Both the position numbers and the translations under genes were made by a program. This document shows positions 38,050 to 49,800 of a DNA stretch of 64,000 bases, in pieces. Each line of letters starts with the position of its first letter. The first letter of the stretch is position 1. Origin of the DNA: the human T2T-CHM13v2.0 reference genome, Homo sapiens. A model generated the notes under the pieces. It did not search any database. It was given only the letters and a program-made list of their open reading frames with translations, and had not been told where the DNA came from. Location: assembly GCF_009914755.1 (NCBI RefSeq), contig NC_060929.1. One strand, 5' to 3'.

Positions 38050-40897
38050 TGTGGCAGATTTTATTTTTCAAAGTAGCCCCTATCAAGAAGTAGAGTCTAT
38101 GTCTCCTTTCTCTTAAGTATTGGTGGAACTGTATGACTACCTCTTTCCATAGTATATGGTAGAAGTAACACTATGTATTACAAAATGTCATGCACTGCTA
38201 CCTTATTTTCTTGGTATGGTAGCCTGTGGAACCCATCGACCATGTTGTAAAGAAGCTCAATAGACAAGACTTAAAAACTCTGGCACACAGTCCTGGCTGA
38301 GCTGCCAATTAACAGCCACTATCAACTTGCCAGTCATTAGAGTAAGCCAGCTTCATTCTATATCCCCCAGTTGAGCCTGTCTAGTTGGTACTATTTGGAA
38401 CAGTGACAAGCCATCCCTATCAAGCCATAACCAAATAGCAGATTCATAAGTAAATTTAATAATGGTAGTTGTTTTAAACCACTAAGTTTTGGAGTGATTA
38501 TGCAACAATAGACAACTACAACAGATTTTGTACCTAAGAATGAAGTACTTCCATACAATAAAAACAAAAACAAAAAACTGAAGACATTTGACATAGACTT
38601 TGGGATGAGTAATAGGCAAAAGCTGGAAGAACTTTAAAAAGAATGTTAGTGAGAACCTAAAGGACCTCAAGGATAATGTTAATGGGAATGTAAAGGGAAG
38701 CTGCAATGAGGGCTCAGAGAAATGTGAGAAAAGTGTTATTGGAAGTTGGAGAAGAGAAAATCCCTGATAGGAAGTTGTGAATGTTTTGCAACACTGTCAT
38801 CTGTGGTAGCCTTGAAAATAGGGAATACACCTAATGAAAGACATCTTGAAGATTTAGATAAATTTCCGGAAAGGTTATCAAAACTTTTCTCCCTTGTGTA
38901 TAATAAAATAGGAGAGAGATGGGCTAAAGAATGAACTGTTAAATATAAAGAAGCCAGGACTTTCCCAGCTTTCCTGGACCTCAATTTCCAAAGTAGGCTA
39001 AAGATAAGATCCAGAGTGGAATTGTAAGGTCTTTTTTTTTTTTTTTAAAGCACCTCATAAACATCTCAGGGGCTACCTTTTAGAACCTTTCTCTGGCTCT
39101 CAAGGCCAGAGAAAGATTCTTAAGGGTCTAAGGATCTTAAGGCATAACTTCTCACAGATTCTGTCCTTTAAACACTATGGCTTATAAGAATCTTAAGGGC
39201 ATTGTCCAGCAGTAGCCTCAAAGGGAGGTAAAGAAGGCTTATCTTGAAGCATGTTGTGTTTTTGGCTTTTGTGTAGAAGAGAAAAGTCACAATGTTTTAA
39301 AAAGACTTTTCTAAAATAAATATTTCCAAAGTGAGCTAAAAAAGACAGACTTAGCACAAAATAAAAAGAGGCTTAAAAAAAACCATGAAGCTTGTATTAA
39401 TCAGGCTGATAAAACCACATAGCTGCAAACATGGGCTACTTTTAATGGGAAGTTGGAAGGACTCAAGAACTTTCGGGGGAGAACCTCAAGGAATACGATT
39501 TATAACTAATAAGCAATTGGCATCTGCTACCTAGCTGGATTTCAGAATCGCTGTGATCAATGACTGCTGTGTACCAACTGATTTTACCATTTTTGAACAG
39601 GAATGTCTAAAGTGGTCATCCTGTATCTGTCCTGCCATTGTATGTTGGGGGTATGCGTTATGAGATAACTTTTCTTTTTAGTTCATACATTTTCAGAATG
39701 AGAAGAATGATGATTGAAGAGCTGTACCTGAGAAGCTACACTTGCAGAACTCATCCATACCTAGATCTGATTTGGGAGACAATACTCTGAATCTTAAGCC
39801 TAAGCCTTATACTGTGCAATGAGATTTGAGGTCTTGGGGTGAGGTAGGAGGTGGGACTGAACATTGGAGGTGGGGACTTGCACACTAGCCCAGATTGAGG
39901 ACTGGCTAAAACAGGGCCAGTGTGGAAGCAGCTTTCTACAAGACATGCCCACTAATGTGCCATGTCAGTTTACCATTGCCATGGCAACACTCAGAAGTTA
40001 CTGCCCCTTTCCATGGCAATGACCTGGCGACCTGGAAGTTATTATCTTTTTCATAGAAATTTCTGCATAAACTACCCTTTAGTTTGTATATAATTAAAAG
40101 TGGGTATAAATATGACTGCAGAACTGCCACTGAGCTGCTACTCTGAACACACTGCCTTTGGGGTAGTCCTGCTCTGCAAGGATCAGTAGCTTTGCTGCTG
40201 CTGTAACACTGCTGCTGTAATCAAAGTTGCTGTCTAACACCAGTGGCTCACCCTTGAATTCAGTTTCTTCCGGGTGAAGCCAAGAACCCTTCAAGGTTAA
40301 GCCCCAATTAGGAGGCCTGCCTGTCCTGCATCGGGGGGAGGGAGTAAATGTATTTTTTATGTGGGAGGGATGTGTATTTTGTGACGGAATGGAGGACTGT
40401 GACAGATTCCATGTTCAAAGGTTTCTGAAAAATTATATCTCATCCTACATACACTTATGGAGACTTGCCACTCTTCCATCAGGAGATAAAGTCTGTCTCC
40501 TTGCTTTGAATCTGAGCACTGTTTGTAATTTGCTAGACCAATAGAGTGTGGTGGAAGTGTTACTAAATAACTTCTTCTGAGATAGGTCATAAAAATGCCA
40601 TATGCTTCTGTTTTGTTCTTTTGTGGTGACAGCTCTTGGAACCCAACCACCACACTGTAAGGAAGCCCAAGCATCCTGTGAAGAGGCCCACATTAGAAGC
40701 ACTTGCTTGCCATGCTGCAGGTAGATCTTTCAATCCCCAGTAGAGATTCCTTACCTGATACTTCATGAGACAGAGATGAAATATCCTTGTCATATCCTGC
40801 CCAAATCATAGATTCTTGAGTAAAATGAATGATCATTTTTTGTTTTAAGGTAGTAAATTTTGAGGTGGCTTATTTTTAAGCAATTAAATAATGGAAG
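38050..40897 (+). mobile_element. MLT1 (F/G/H-type) MaLR provirus: LTR 38050-38523, internal 38524-40397, LTR 40398-~40897
   Basis: Two homologous LTRs starting tgtg(g/a)cagatt; internal begins gattttgtacc; purine tract ggaatggaggac precedes the 3' LTR. Confidence 0.75.
39840..40333 (+). mobile_element. MER66-like ERV1 solo LTR
   Basis: tgaggtaggaggtgggact..cagtttaccattgccatggcaac..gcctgtcctgcatc; 4-bp TSD gggg. Confidence 0.8.
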
Positions 40898-40904
40898 CTC
40901 AATT

Positions 40905-42190
40905 ATATCAAGATATCACACCACTCTGTTTTAGCTTCCACTGTTGCTGCTCAGAAGTAATCTGTCAGTCTAAATTATGTCCCTCTACTCTTTATCTTTG
41001 TGCTTCTCTTAAGGTTATACTTTGTCTTTCTTGTTTTTCAGTTTCTTTCTGTTGTATATAGGTGTCAATTTATTTTAATTTATCTTGCTTGGATTCATTT
41101 GACTTCTTGAAACTATGCTTTGATCTTTCACCATATCTGGAAAAACTTGAAATGTTGCCCGTGTTCCATCCTTTCTCCTCTCCATCTGGAACTCAAAATC
41201 TTTGGATGTTAGTGAATATTTGTTAGTTTTAATAATGAAATATTTAGAGTGCCAGGAAAGGAGAGAGAATGGAGCAGGCAATATTTGAAGTGATAATGGC
41301 TGAAAATTTCCAGATATACTCACTCTAATCTCCATGTGCCCTCTTCTGTGTCTAATATACTATTAAACCTATCTACCAAGTTTCCATTTGCAATTATATT
41401 TTTCATTTTTAAAAGTTTATTTGCTTTCTGCATAAGAATACAAGATCATTAGTTTCTTTTACTTTGTAGATATTTGCAAGCCTGGCTTCTAATTTTTACT
41501 CTGAAACATTGGTTATTGTTAATAATGTTGGTTCCTTATTCCTTTGAGAGTTAATTGTGGGAAGATTTTGAGGTCTAGAATGCAGGCAAATTCCTCCAGA
41601 TAAGATTCGAGTTTGCTGTTGCCAGGTGCTTGTGAGCCATCCCAGTCTGGACACTCTTTATACTGAATACACTGCATGAATTTGCTGATGTGAATTTGGG
41701 CAAAAACTCAGTACAACAATTAGCTTGTCATTACCATTTGTCTTTCTTCTTTATTTTTCTTTTCTTCTGCTTTGCTTATTGCCAAAGCAACTAAGCAATT
41801 TTCTTGCTGTCTTTAGTAATGGGGAGGTGTTACTTTTTCTTCCAGTTAATCCTTAAGCGGAAAGTAGAACCCTTTGGGGTCCCAGCTTTATGGGGGGGAA
41901 GGCCTATTATTAGACCACCCACATTGTTTCTGTTCTACATGTCCTAATTGGAACATGAAAATCACCACTCCAGTTCCCACTTTGGCAAATGCCCTCAGGC
42001 CAAAAGGACTAAAGCACATGGCTTCCTATTATAGCTTTCAGCTTTGCTTAGATTTTGGCCGCAGACAGTCTTATTATCTTGCAGCTCATCAATGCTTTTA
42101 AGATGTGTTTTTTTGTTTGTTTTCACCAGAACTTTTAGTCATTTTTCATGGGAAAATCAAGCCTAATACCTCCCCACCATATTACTAGAA
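40905..42190 (-). mobile_element. HAL1/L1ME-type ORF1 relic
   Basis: ttccactgttgctgctcagaagt..ctgtcagtct; ttcctccagataagattcgagtttgctgttgccagg. Confidence 0.6.
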
Positions 42191-43705
42191 ATGCTTCTCT
42201 CCCTGTGTGGCATAGTCAGGCCTTCTAAGTGCTTCTCAGGTCCTTTGGGCCTTGTTCCATGTGGATTTTACAAACATGAATTTAAGCCAATGGCCAGATA
42301 TGGAATATAGACTAAAGATTCCCGAAGCCCATTAGAGAGAACAGATGAGACTTGCTTCCATCACTGCCCCACAATGGAAAGAAAGAATTTTGGAAATAGA
42401 GGGAGTTCCTAGCAGAGTAACCAACATTATGTTGCCTTCTTTTACACACATGGCATATTTAATCAGAAAATGGAATTTAAATGCCACATGCATGGCCTTC
42501 AATAGTCTTTGGCTTTTGATTAGGGATTGAAAAAAGCCCCCAGCTGTGGCTATTTGTTTATTTGCTAGCATAGAGTTTCTAAATGATATTTAGGGCAATG
42601 GTTCACTTGTGGTGGGAAGGTCCATTAAAAATACAGATGGCTGTTAGATGGGCTTTATTAAGTTTAAGCCTAGAAGCAGTTTTCAGTAGATAAGAAAACG
42701 AGATGATAATGTAAAATAGTATAAAGAAAATGAGATTTGCTTTAAAATATCAGTGTTCAGAGTATTTGAAGAAATATCCAGGCACAACTTTACCTTAATT
42801 TCCCCCTCCATTTTTCTCCAAATCTTGCATCTCACTCTGGAGTAAGTATTCATGATTTTGAGAAACGCTTATGTATGTTTTGCAGTCTTAAGAAATACAC
42901 AGCAGTTCCCAAGGGTATAATTTCACAAGAAAAAATACTACCCACAAAATTAGGATTTACTAATAGATAAAAGGAATCCTATAATGACATTTGAGAAGAA
43001 CTGTCAATTACCATGAACATAATTGTAGATGCTTAGGACTAGGGACAGAAAGGACTAACACCAGCTCTCACTGCATAGTTTCTTTTCCAAGTGCCTGCCA
43101 CATCCATTTTCCCCTTCTTAGCAAAATAATAATAATAATAATAAAATAAAAAATAGGCTTTTTGCATCTAGATTTCTAAGAGATGGATCATAAAACCCTG
43201 TAGATTTAGCTACTACTGATGGGTCTGGGGATGATGTCTGGACGTAAGGAAGCTGAATGACTTAGGATGTTATCCTGCATAAGGAGCCCTGTATAATAGG
43301 GGCAGTCTGTTCTTGTTGGTGCTAACTTTAACAAACCAATTAGATCTTCTTTTTTGGGATGTTTAAATGTAATATAAGAAAGACCAAAATAGATAGTAGA
43401 ATAAAACAGGGAGAGGAGGCTATCAGCAGAAAGCAATGATGCAGTAGAAGCTATGAGTTGGCAGAACCCATGAGGTAGGGCAGCAAGCAGAGAGAGGCAA
43501 TTTTGAGTGGCCACAGAAAATGGGAAGGAGGAAGCTGAGAAGAAAGCTGTTGGATGACAGTGTTATCACTGGGATGCTAATCTTGCTATAGCTTCAGGAA
43601 CAGCATCCAGCTCTCCAGGAAGACTATTTGATTACTACATCTGTTTTTTATCTTAAAGTACTCATGTATCATTCCAATAAACTCTCATTACTTTAAGAAA
43701 TGTGC

Positions 43706-44004
43706 TTCTCCCTTTCTTTCTTCCTTCCTTCCTTTCTTTCTCTTTCTTTCTTTCTTTTTTCTTTCTTTTTCTTCTTTCTCTCTCTTCTTTCTTTTTCTTC
43801 TTTCTCTTCTTTCTTTCTCTCCTTTCTTTCTCTTTTTCTTTCTTCTTTCGCTTCTTTCTCTCTTCTTTCTTTCTCTCTCTTCTTTCTTTCTTTCTTTTCT
43901 TTCTTTCTTTCTTTCTTTCTTTCTCTCTCTCTCCTTCCTTCCTTCCTCCCTCCCTCCCTCCCTTCTCTCTCTCTCTGTCTGTCTCTCTCTCTCTCTCTCT
44001 TTCC
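43706..44004. repeat. ~300-bp CT-rich simple repeat (expanded FLAM tail)
   Basis: Almost pure pyrimidine with tttc/ttcc/tc units. Confidence 0.97.
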
Positions 44005-44121
44005 TTTTGACATGGTCTGGCTGTATTGCCCAGGCTGGTCTCTAACTCCTGGGCTTAAGTGATCTTCCCACATAAGACTCCCAAGTGGCTAGGACTATAG
44101 GCATGTGCCACTGCACCTGGC
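44005..44121 (-). mobile_element. FLAM (A-like) Alu monomer
   Basis: ttgcccaggctggtctctaactcctgggcttaagtgatc..ccactgcacctggc. Confidence 0.85.
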
Positions 44122-44295
44122 TTCTGTTTCTTAATAACTGGAAGATATTAATCAAACCAACCTGATGGAAAATAGACAATGACAAAATGGGCATTTTAAT
44201 AAATTTTTCATGAGCTAATTGGTCCAAATGGTGCAGTAGGTATATATTTTGAGACCCTTTCCTCTTCTTCAAACCAAAGCAATGATAAATTTTAA

Positions 44296-44300
<5 letters not shown>

Positions 44301-44336
<36 letters not shown>
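44301..44336. repeat. (TA)n microsatellite
   Basis: Direct reading. Confidence 0.95.
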
Positions 44337-44342
<6 letters not shown>

Positions 44343-44388
44343 AAAGAGAAAAAAGTTAAAGTCATGACCATAATGAAAATCAAGTTGT

Positions 44389-44660
44389 ATTTGGGAGGCA
44401 GAAGTGGGCAGATCACTTGAAGTCAGGAGTTCGAGACTAGCCTGGCCAACATGGAAAAACCCCTTCTCTATTACAAATACAAAAATTAGCCAGGCATGGT
44501 GGCACACACCTGTGGACCCAGCTACTCAGGAGGCTGAAGCATGAGAGTCGCTTGAACCTGGGAGGCAGAGGTTGCAATGAGCTGACATCGCGCCACTCGA
44601 CTGCAGCCTGGGTGGCAGAGTAAGACCTTGTCTCAGAAAGAAAAAAGAAAAAAAAAAAGG
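44389..44660 (+). mobile_element. 5'-truncated AluS
   Basis: Starts tttgggaggc; TSD aaatcaa(g/a)ttg at 44377-44387 and 44661-44671. Confidence 0.93.
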
Positions 44661-45129
44661 AAATCAAATTGGAGATGTCTTGAACTGAAGCTGAGCTAAA
44701 TATAACTGACACAGGAGCATCGAACCAACAAGGCAGAGGTCCAGATGAAGAAATGGGCAAGGAGACTGTGTGTTCCATTCCTGTGTGTTCACAGAAAAAA
44801 AAAAAGGTGCTCTGTGTGAGCTGGATGGCTATGACCAGCCTTGCGGCTTTACAGCATATGAAAGGGAGGTGAAGAAAGCTGTGCCCATTTTCTGCCTGAG
44901 GCCCACATCTTAGGGAATGAGGAAGAGGCAGACTCTGCCTCATCAGCAGGATGTGGCCAACCTTCACTGGCTCAGGGTCAGGAGCAATAATGGCCTAACG
45001 TCACCTTGGGACACAGCCTTGGGTAACTGGATGGAGGCAAATGGAAAACTGCTGGATAGAGAGGGGTGAGCTCAGAGCCAGAGAGAAAAAAAGACAAAGG
45101 AGCAAACAAGCACCAACTCAAACTGAACA

Positions 45130-45320
45130 GAAGATGCAATTTGGAATCAAGACTGCAACATCAACTCTTACCTGAGCTTCCAGACTCCTGACCTGACTTA
45201 TAGATTTCAGACTTGCTAGCTCCATAATCCTGTCAGCCAGTCTTTTAAAGTATACCAATATAGGCCCCCCCACCCTATATACTATTGGTTTTGTTTCTCT
45301 GGAGAATCCTGATTAATACA
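45130..45320 (+). mobile_element. MLT2 LTR 3' fragment
   Basis: Terminus tattggttttgtttctctggagaatcctgattaataca. Confidence 0.75.
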
Positions 45321-45352
45321 ACAACTATTGAGGGTCCAACTGGAGTTTCAAT

Positions 45353-45376
45353 ACACACACACACACACACACACAC
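45353..45376. repeat. (CA)n microsatellite
   Basis: Direct reading. Confidence 0.95.
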
Positions 45377-46897
45377 GAACAAGAGAGAAAGACAGGAAAA
45401 AGGAGAGAGAGAAGAAACTTTTAGTTTGTTATGATGGCAAAGAACTCTAGTAACTTGGTATATTTAGCACTTTCTTTTCTGAAAAATCAGACTTCCCATG
45501 GAAAAGCATTCTCAGGGTCAGCTCACTTACTGGGGCTTCTCTAACTCAGATTTCAGTTTGCCTTCAAAGCAGCAACTCTAGTGCTCCTGTCTGTGGTGAG
45601 CAGCAGAATATTTCAGAACACTCTGGTCTTGGGAAGAAAAGACCTTGTGGCATCTTTAAGGCCAAAAGGATCATCAGTCGGAGTCAGCATTAAATGCAAG
45701 TTCGGGAGGTCTTAAAAGTCATTGCTCTTCATGTTGTTTACTCTGACCTTTGTTTTCATTTTTCTTTTTCTCTACTCTTCACTTTTGCCATTTCGTCCTC
45801 TCCAAGTGGAGAAGGATTGTGAAAGCCTTTGGTGTGCACCATTGAGCCTTTTTATTCATTTCAAAGAGTGCTCTACTATGGTTACCTGGATGTCAGGTCC
45901 AGTCAATGGAGTTTAGGAGGTGCATAAGTTTAGGAGGTACATAAAAAACACACTTGTAGGAAAGACACACAGTGATAATGGGTTAGGCATGAGGGATGTA
46001 AACATGTGGACTCATCCATTCCTTGAAAGTTGAAGAGCTTTAGGGAAGACAGACCAAAGAACAGAACATTTCAATACACAACATGATGAGCATGGTGGGT
46101 AGGTAACCCTTATGGGAGACCCAAACTCATCCCTGGGAGGGAATGAGCTGAGGTCAATAAGGCTTCTAGAAGAGGAGTCACACTTGAGTTGATGGAAGTG
46201 TAAGAGTTCACAGGCTAAGTTATGCTGGTTCATTTTAGGTCACAGGTCAATTTAAAGCCACTGAAAACTTGTTCTGACCACAATTTAGCCAGATTTATTC
46301 TATCCTTATATTTAACAACTGTATCATAATAGTAAATTGTGTGGTTGGAACATTGAACAATTTGCTTCCAACCCATTATGTTAGTCATGAAACTTCCCAA
46401 ATAGATCTAACATATTAGGTAGATTTATTTAACTTCTTTATTTTAGGGAAGCCTAAGCTGTATAGACAGTTTCATTTATCCTGTTATCAAATATCATTGA
46501 AAGGTTAAACTTGGTGTTCAGTGACATTGTGCAACCAAAACTTCCAAAGCTAAAGTGGAAAATAATGGCTGTGGCATCCTTTCCAAGAAATCCCTATGAC
46601 CCTAATCTCAAAACTTTAGAGGACTCAGCTGTTTTAAACTGGAGCTCTGAATATTTCAACTGGACAAAGTGTCTTGGGACTTGTATTCCTCTAGCAGGCA
46701 AGAACTGGAAGGAAGGAAAGAGCGAGAAAGGGAAATAGAAAAAGAGGAAGGAAGAGAATGAGGGAGGAAGGGAGAAAGGAGGCAGGAAAAGAGAGAGAGT
46801 ACAGGTGTAAGAAAGAGAGAGAGAGAGAAAGTGGTTGATCATTAAAAGAGGTCGCATCTCCATTACTGATGAAAAGTAATTAAAGGAGATACCCTTA

Positions 46898-49800
46898 GAG
46901 GAGAGAAGTGGAGCAAATGGTGGGATAGAAGGCCCTACCAATCATCCACTCTATGGGAACACGAAATTCAACAACTATCTACACAAAAAAAGCATCTTCA
47001 TAAGAACCAAAAATCAGGCGAACACTCACAGTAGCTGGTTTTACTTCATATCACTGAAAGAAGCACTGAAGGGACTAGGAAAGATAGTCTTGAATCACTG
47101 ATGCCACTCTTCCTCGTTCCCATACAGCAGGAGAAAGATAATATGTGCTTTCGAGAGAGGGAGAGAACAGTGATTGTGAGGCTTTGCATTGAACTCAGTG
47201 CTGCCCTGTTACAGCAGAAAGCAAAACTGGGCTGAACTCAGTGGATGCCTACTCATGGAGGGGCATTCTGACCAACCCTAGCCAGAGGGGAATCATGCAT
47301 CCCAGTGGTTCTGGCAAGCCTCACCACTGCAGGATAAAGTGCTCTGGGGCTCTAAATAAACTCGAAAGGCACTCTAGGCCACAAGGGCTACCAGTCCTAG
47401 TGCTGAGCTGGGTTCAGAGCTAGCAGATTTGGGGAGAATGAGACTTACTGACACACCAGCTGAAACAGCTAAGGAAGTGCTGGTACCACCCTTCCCCCAA
47501 CCCAAGGCAACAAAGCTCACAGCTCCAAAAAAGACCCCTTCCTTCCATTTGAGGAGGGGAGAGGAAAGAGTAAGGAGTTGTTAGGCCCCTATTCCAGGTC
47601 CTAGTTCCTGGACCAACATTTCTAGACACACCCTGGGCCAGAAGGGAACCCATGGCCTTGAAGGGAAGACCCAGTCTTGGCAGGATCCATCACCTGCTGA
47701 CTGAAGAGCGCTTGGGCCCGGAAAAACCAATGGTAATTACCAGGTTGTTCTTGAGTGAGGCTCAGAGATGTGCTGTTTTCAGGTTCCAGCTTGACCACAG
47801 AGGGGTAGAGCACTAGGCAGGCTTTTAGGGTGCCCAGTCCCAGGCCTTGGATATTGAATGGCATTTCTGGACCTTCCCTGGGGCCAAAGGAGAGCCCACT
47901 GTACTGAAGGGTATGTCTCAGGCTTGGCAGCGTTCACCATGAGCTGACTGAAGAGCCCTTGTGCCTTAAATGAATATCAGCGGTAGCCTGGCAGTACTCC
48001 TGGTAGGCCTGTGGTGGAGGTGGTCATAGAGTGAGGCTCCTCTTCCTGTGGAAATGGGAGGGAAGAGTGGGAACAACTGTATCTCATGGTTTGAGGGCCA
48101 GCTCAGCCACAGTAGACTAGAATGCCAGGTACACTTCTAAGGTTTTGACTCCATTCTGTAGCTCCAAGACATGTCTGGACTTACCTAGGGCCTGGGGGAA
48201 CTCACCACTCTGTAGGGAAGGACGTAAGCCTGGCTGGCTTTGCCACCTGCTGATGTAGAGTGCCAGGACCTTCAGCGAACATAGGCAGTAATCAGCTAGT
48301 GGGGTAGTGGTTACAGCAGGCCTTGGGTGAGACCCAGTGCTATTCTGGCTTCAGTTCTGATGCAGCACAGTCTCAGTGGTGGCCACAAGGTTATTGTGTC
48401 ACCCCATCCCAAGCTTAAAGAGGCTCAACACAGACCGACCCCATTTCTTTGGGAGAAAGCTAGGGAAAGGAATTTTCTTTGTTCTTTTCCCAGTCTCTGA
48501 AAATAATCAGCCTCTGGCTGGAAATACAGATGATTATTCTAGATCTTATGCCAGACCACCAAGGTGGTACCTCTATAAGTCTGCAAGAACCACAGCATTA
48601 CTGGGTGTGGGATACCCCCTAATGCAGAGACAACTTATATGACAACAGCCAGTTCCTTTCAAATATCTAAAAAGCCTTCCCAAGAAAGATGAGTACAAAC
48701 AAGTCCAGACTGTGAAGACTACAATACATACCCAACTCTTCAATGCCCAGACACTGATAAACATCAAACATCACTGCCATCCAGAAAAAACATGATCTCA
48801 CAAAACAAACTAAATAAGGCACCAGGAACCAATCCTGGAGAAACAGAGATATGTGAACTTTCAGACAGAGAATTCAAAATAACTGTGTTAAGGAAACACA
48901 AAGAAATTCAAGATAACACAGGGAAGGAATTCAGAATTCTACCTGATAAATTTAACAGATTGAAATAATTAAAAAGAATCAACCAGAAATTCTGGAGTTG
49001 AAAAATGCAACTGAAATACTGAAGAATGCATCAGAATCTCCTACTTGCAGAACTGATCAAGCAGAAGAAGTAGTGAACTTGAAGATAAGCTACTCAAACA
49101 TACACAGTCAGAGGAGACAAAGGAAAAAAAATCAATGAAGCATGCCTACAGGATTTAGCAAATAGCGTCTAAAGGGCAAATCTAAGAGGCATTGGCCTTA
49201 AAGAGAAGGCAGAGAAAGAAATAGGGATAGAAAGTTTATTCAAAGGGATAGTAATAGACAACTTCCCAAACTTAGAAAAGGTATTAATTTCCAAGTATGA
49301 GAAGGTATAGAACACGAAGCAGATTTAACACAAAGAAGACAACCTCCAAGGCATTTAATAATCAAACTCCCAAAGGTCAAGGATAAAGAAAGGATCCTAA
49401 AAGCAGCGAAAGAGAAGAAACAATGTATAATGAAGCTCCAACATTTCTGGCAGCAGACTTTTCAGTGGAAACCTTATAGGCCAAGAGAGACCGACATGAC
49501 ATATTTAAAGAGCTGAAGGAAAAAAACTTTTACCCTAGAATAATATAGCCAGTGAAAATATCCTTTGAACATGAAGAAGAAATAAAGACTTTCCCAGACA
49601 AACGAAAGCCAAGGGATATCACCAACACCAGACCTGTCCTACAAGAAATGCAAAGTGAGTACTTCAATCAGAAAAAAAGAACATGAATAGGCAATAAGAC
49701 ATCATCTGTAGGTAAAAAACTCACTGGCAATAGTAAGTACACAGAAAAACACAGAATATTATAACACTATAACTGTGATGCATAAAATACTTTTATTTTA

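Noticed and set aside
43693-44073. K/E/R-rich and F/S/L-rich ORFs
   Set aside because: Translations of a simple repeat
45911-45944. 17-bp tandem gtttaggaggt(g/a)cataa; similar short duplications near 18523, 20278 and 51296
   Set aside because: Short slippage duplications are ubiquitous
47590-48370. Three degenerate ~250-300-bp repeats
   Set aside because: Appear to be the intrinsic repeat structure of this L1M 5'UTR
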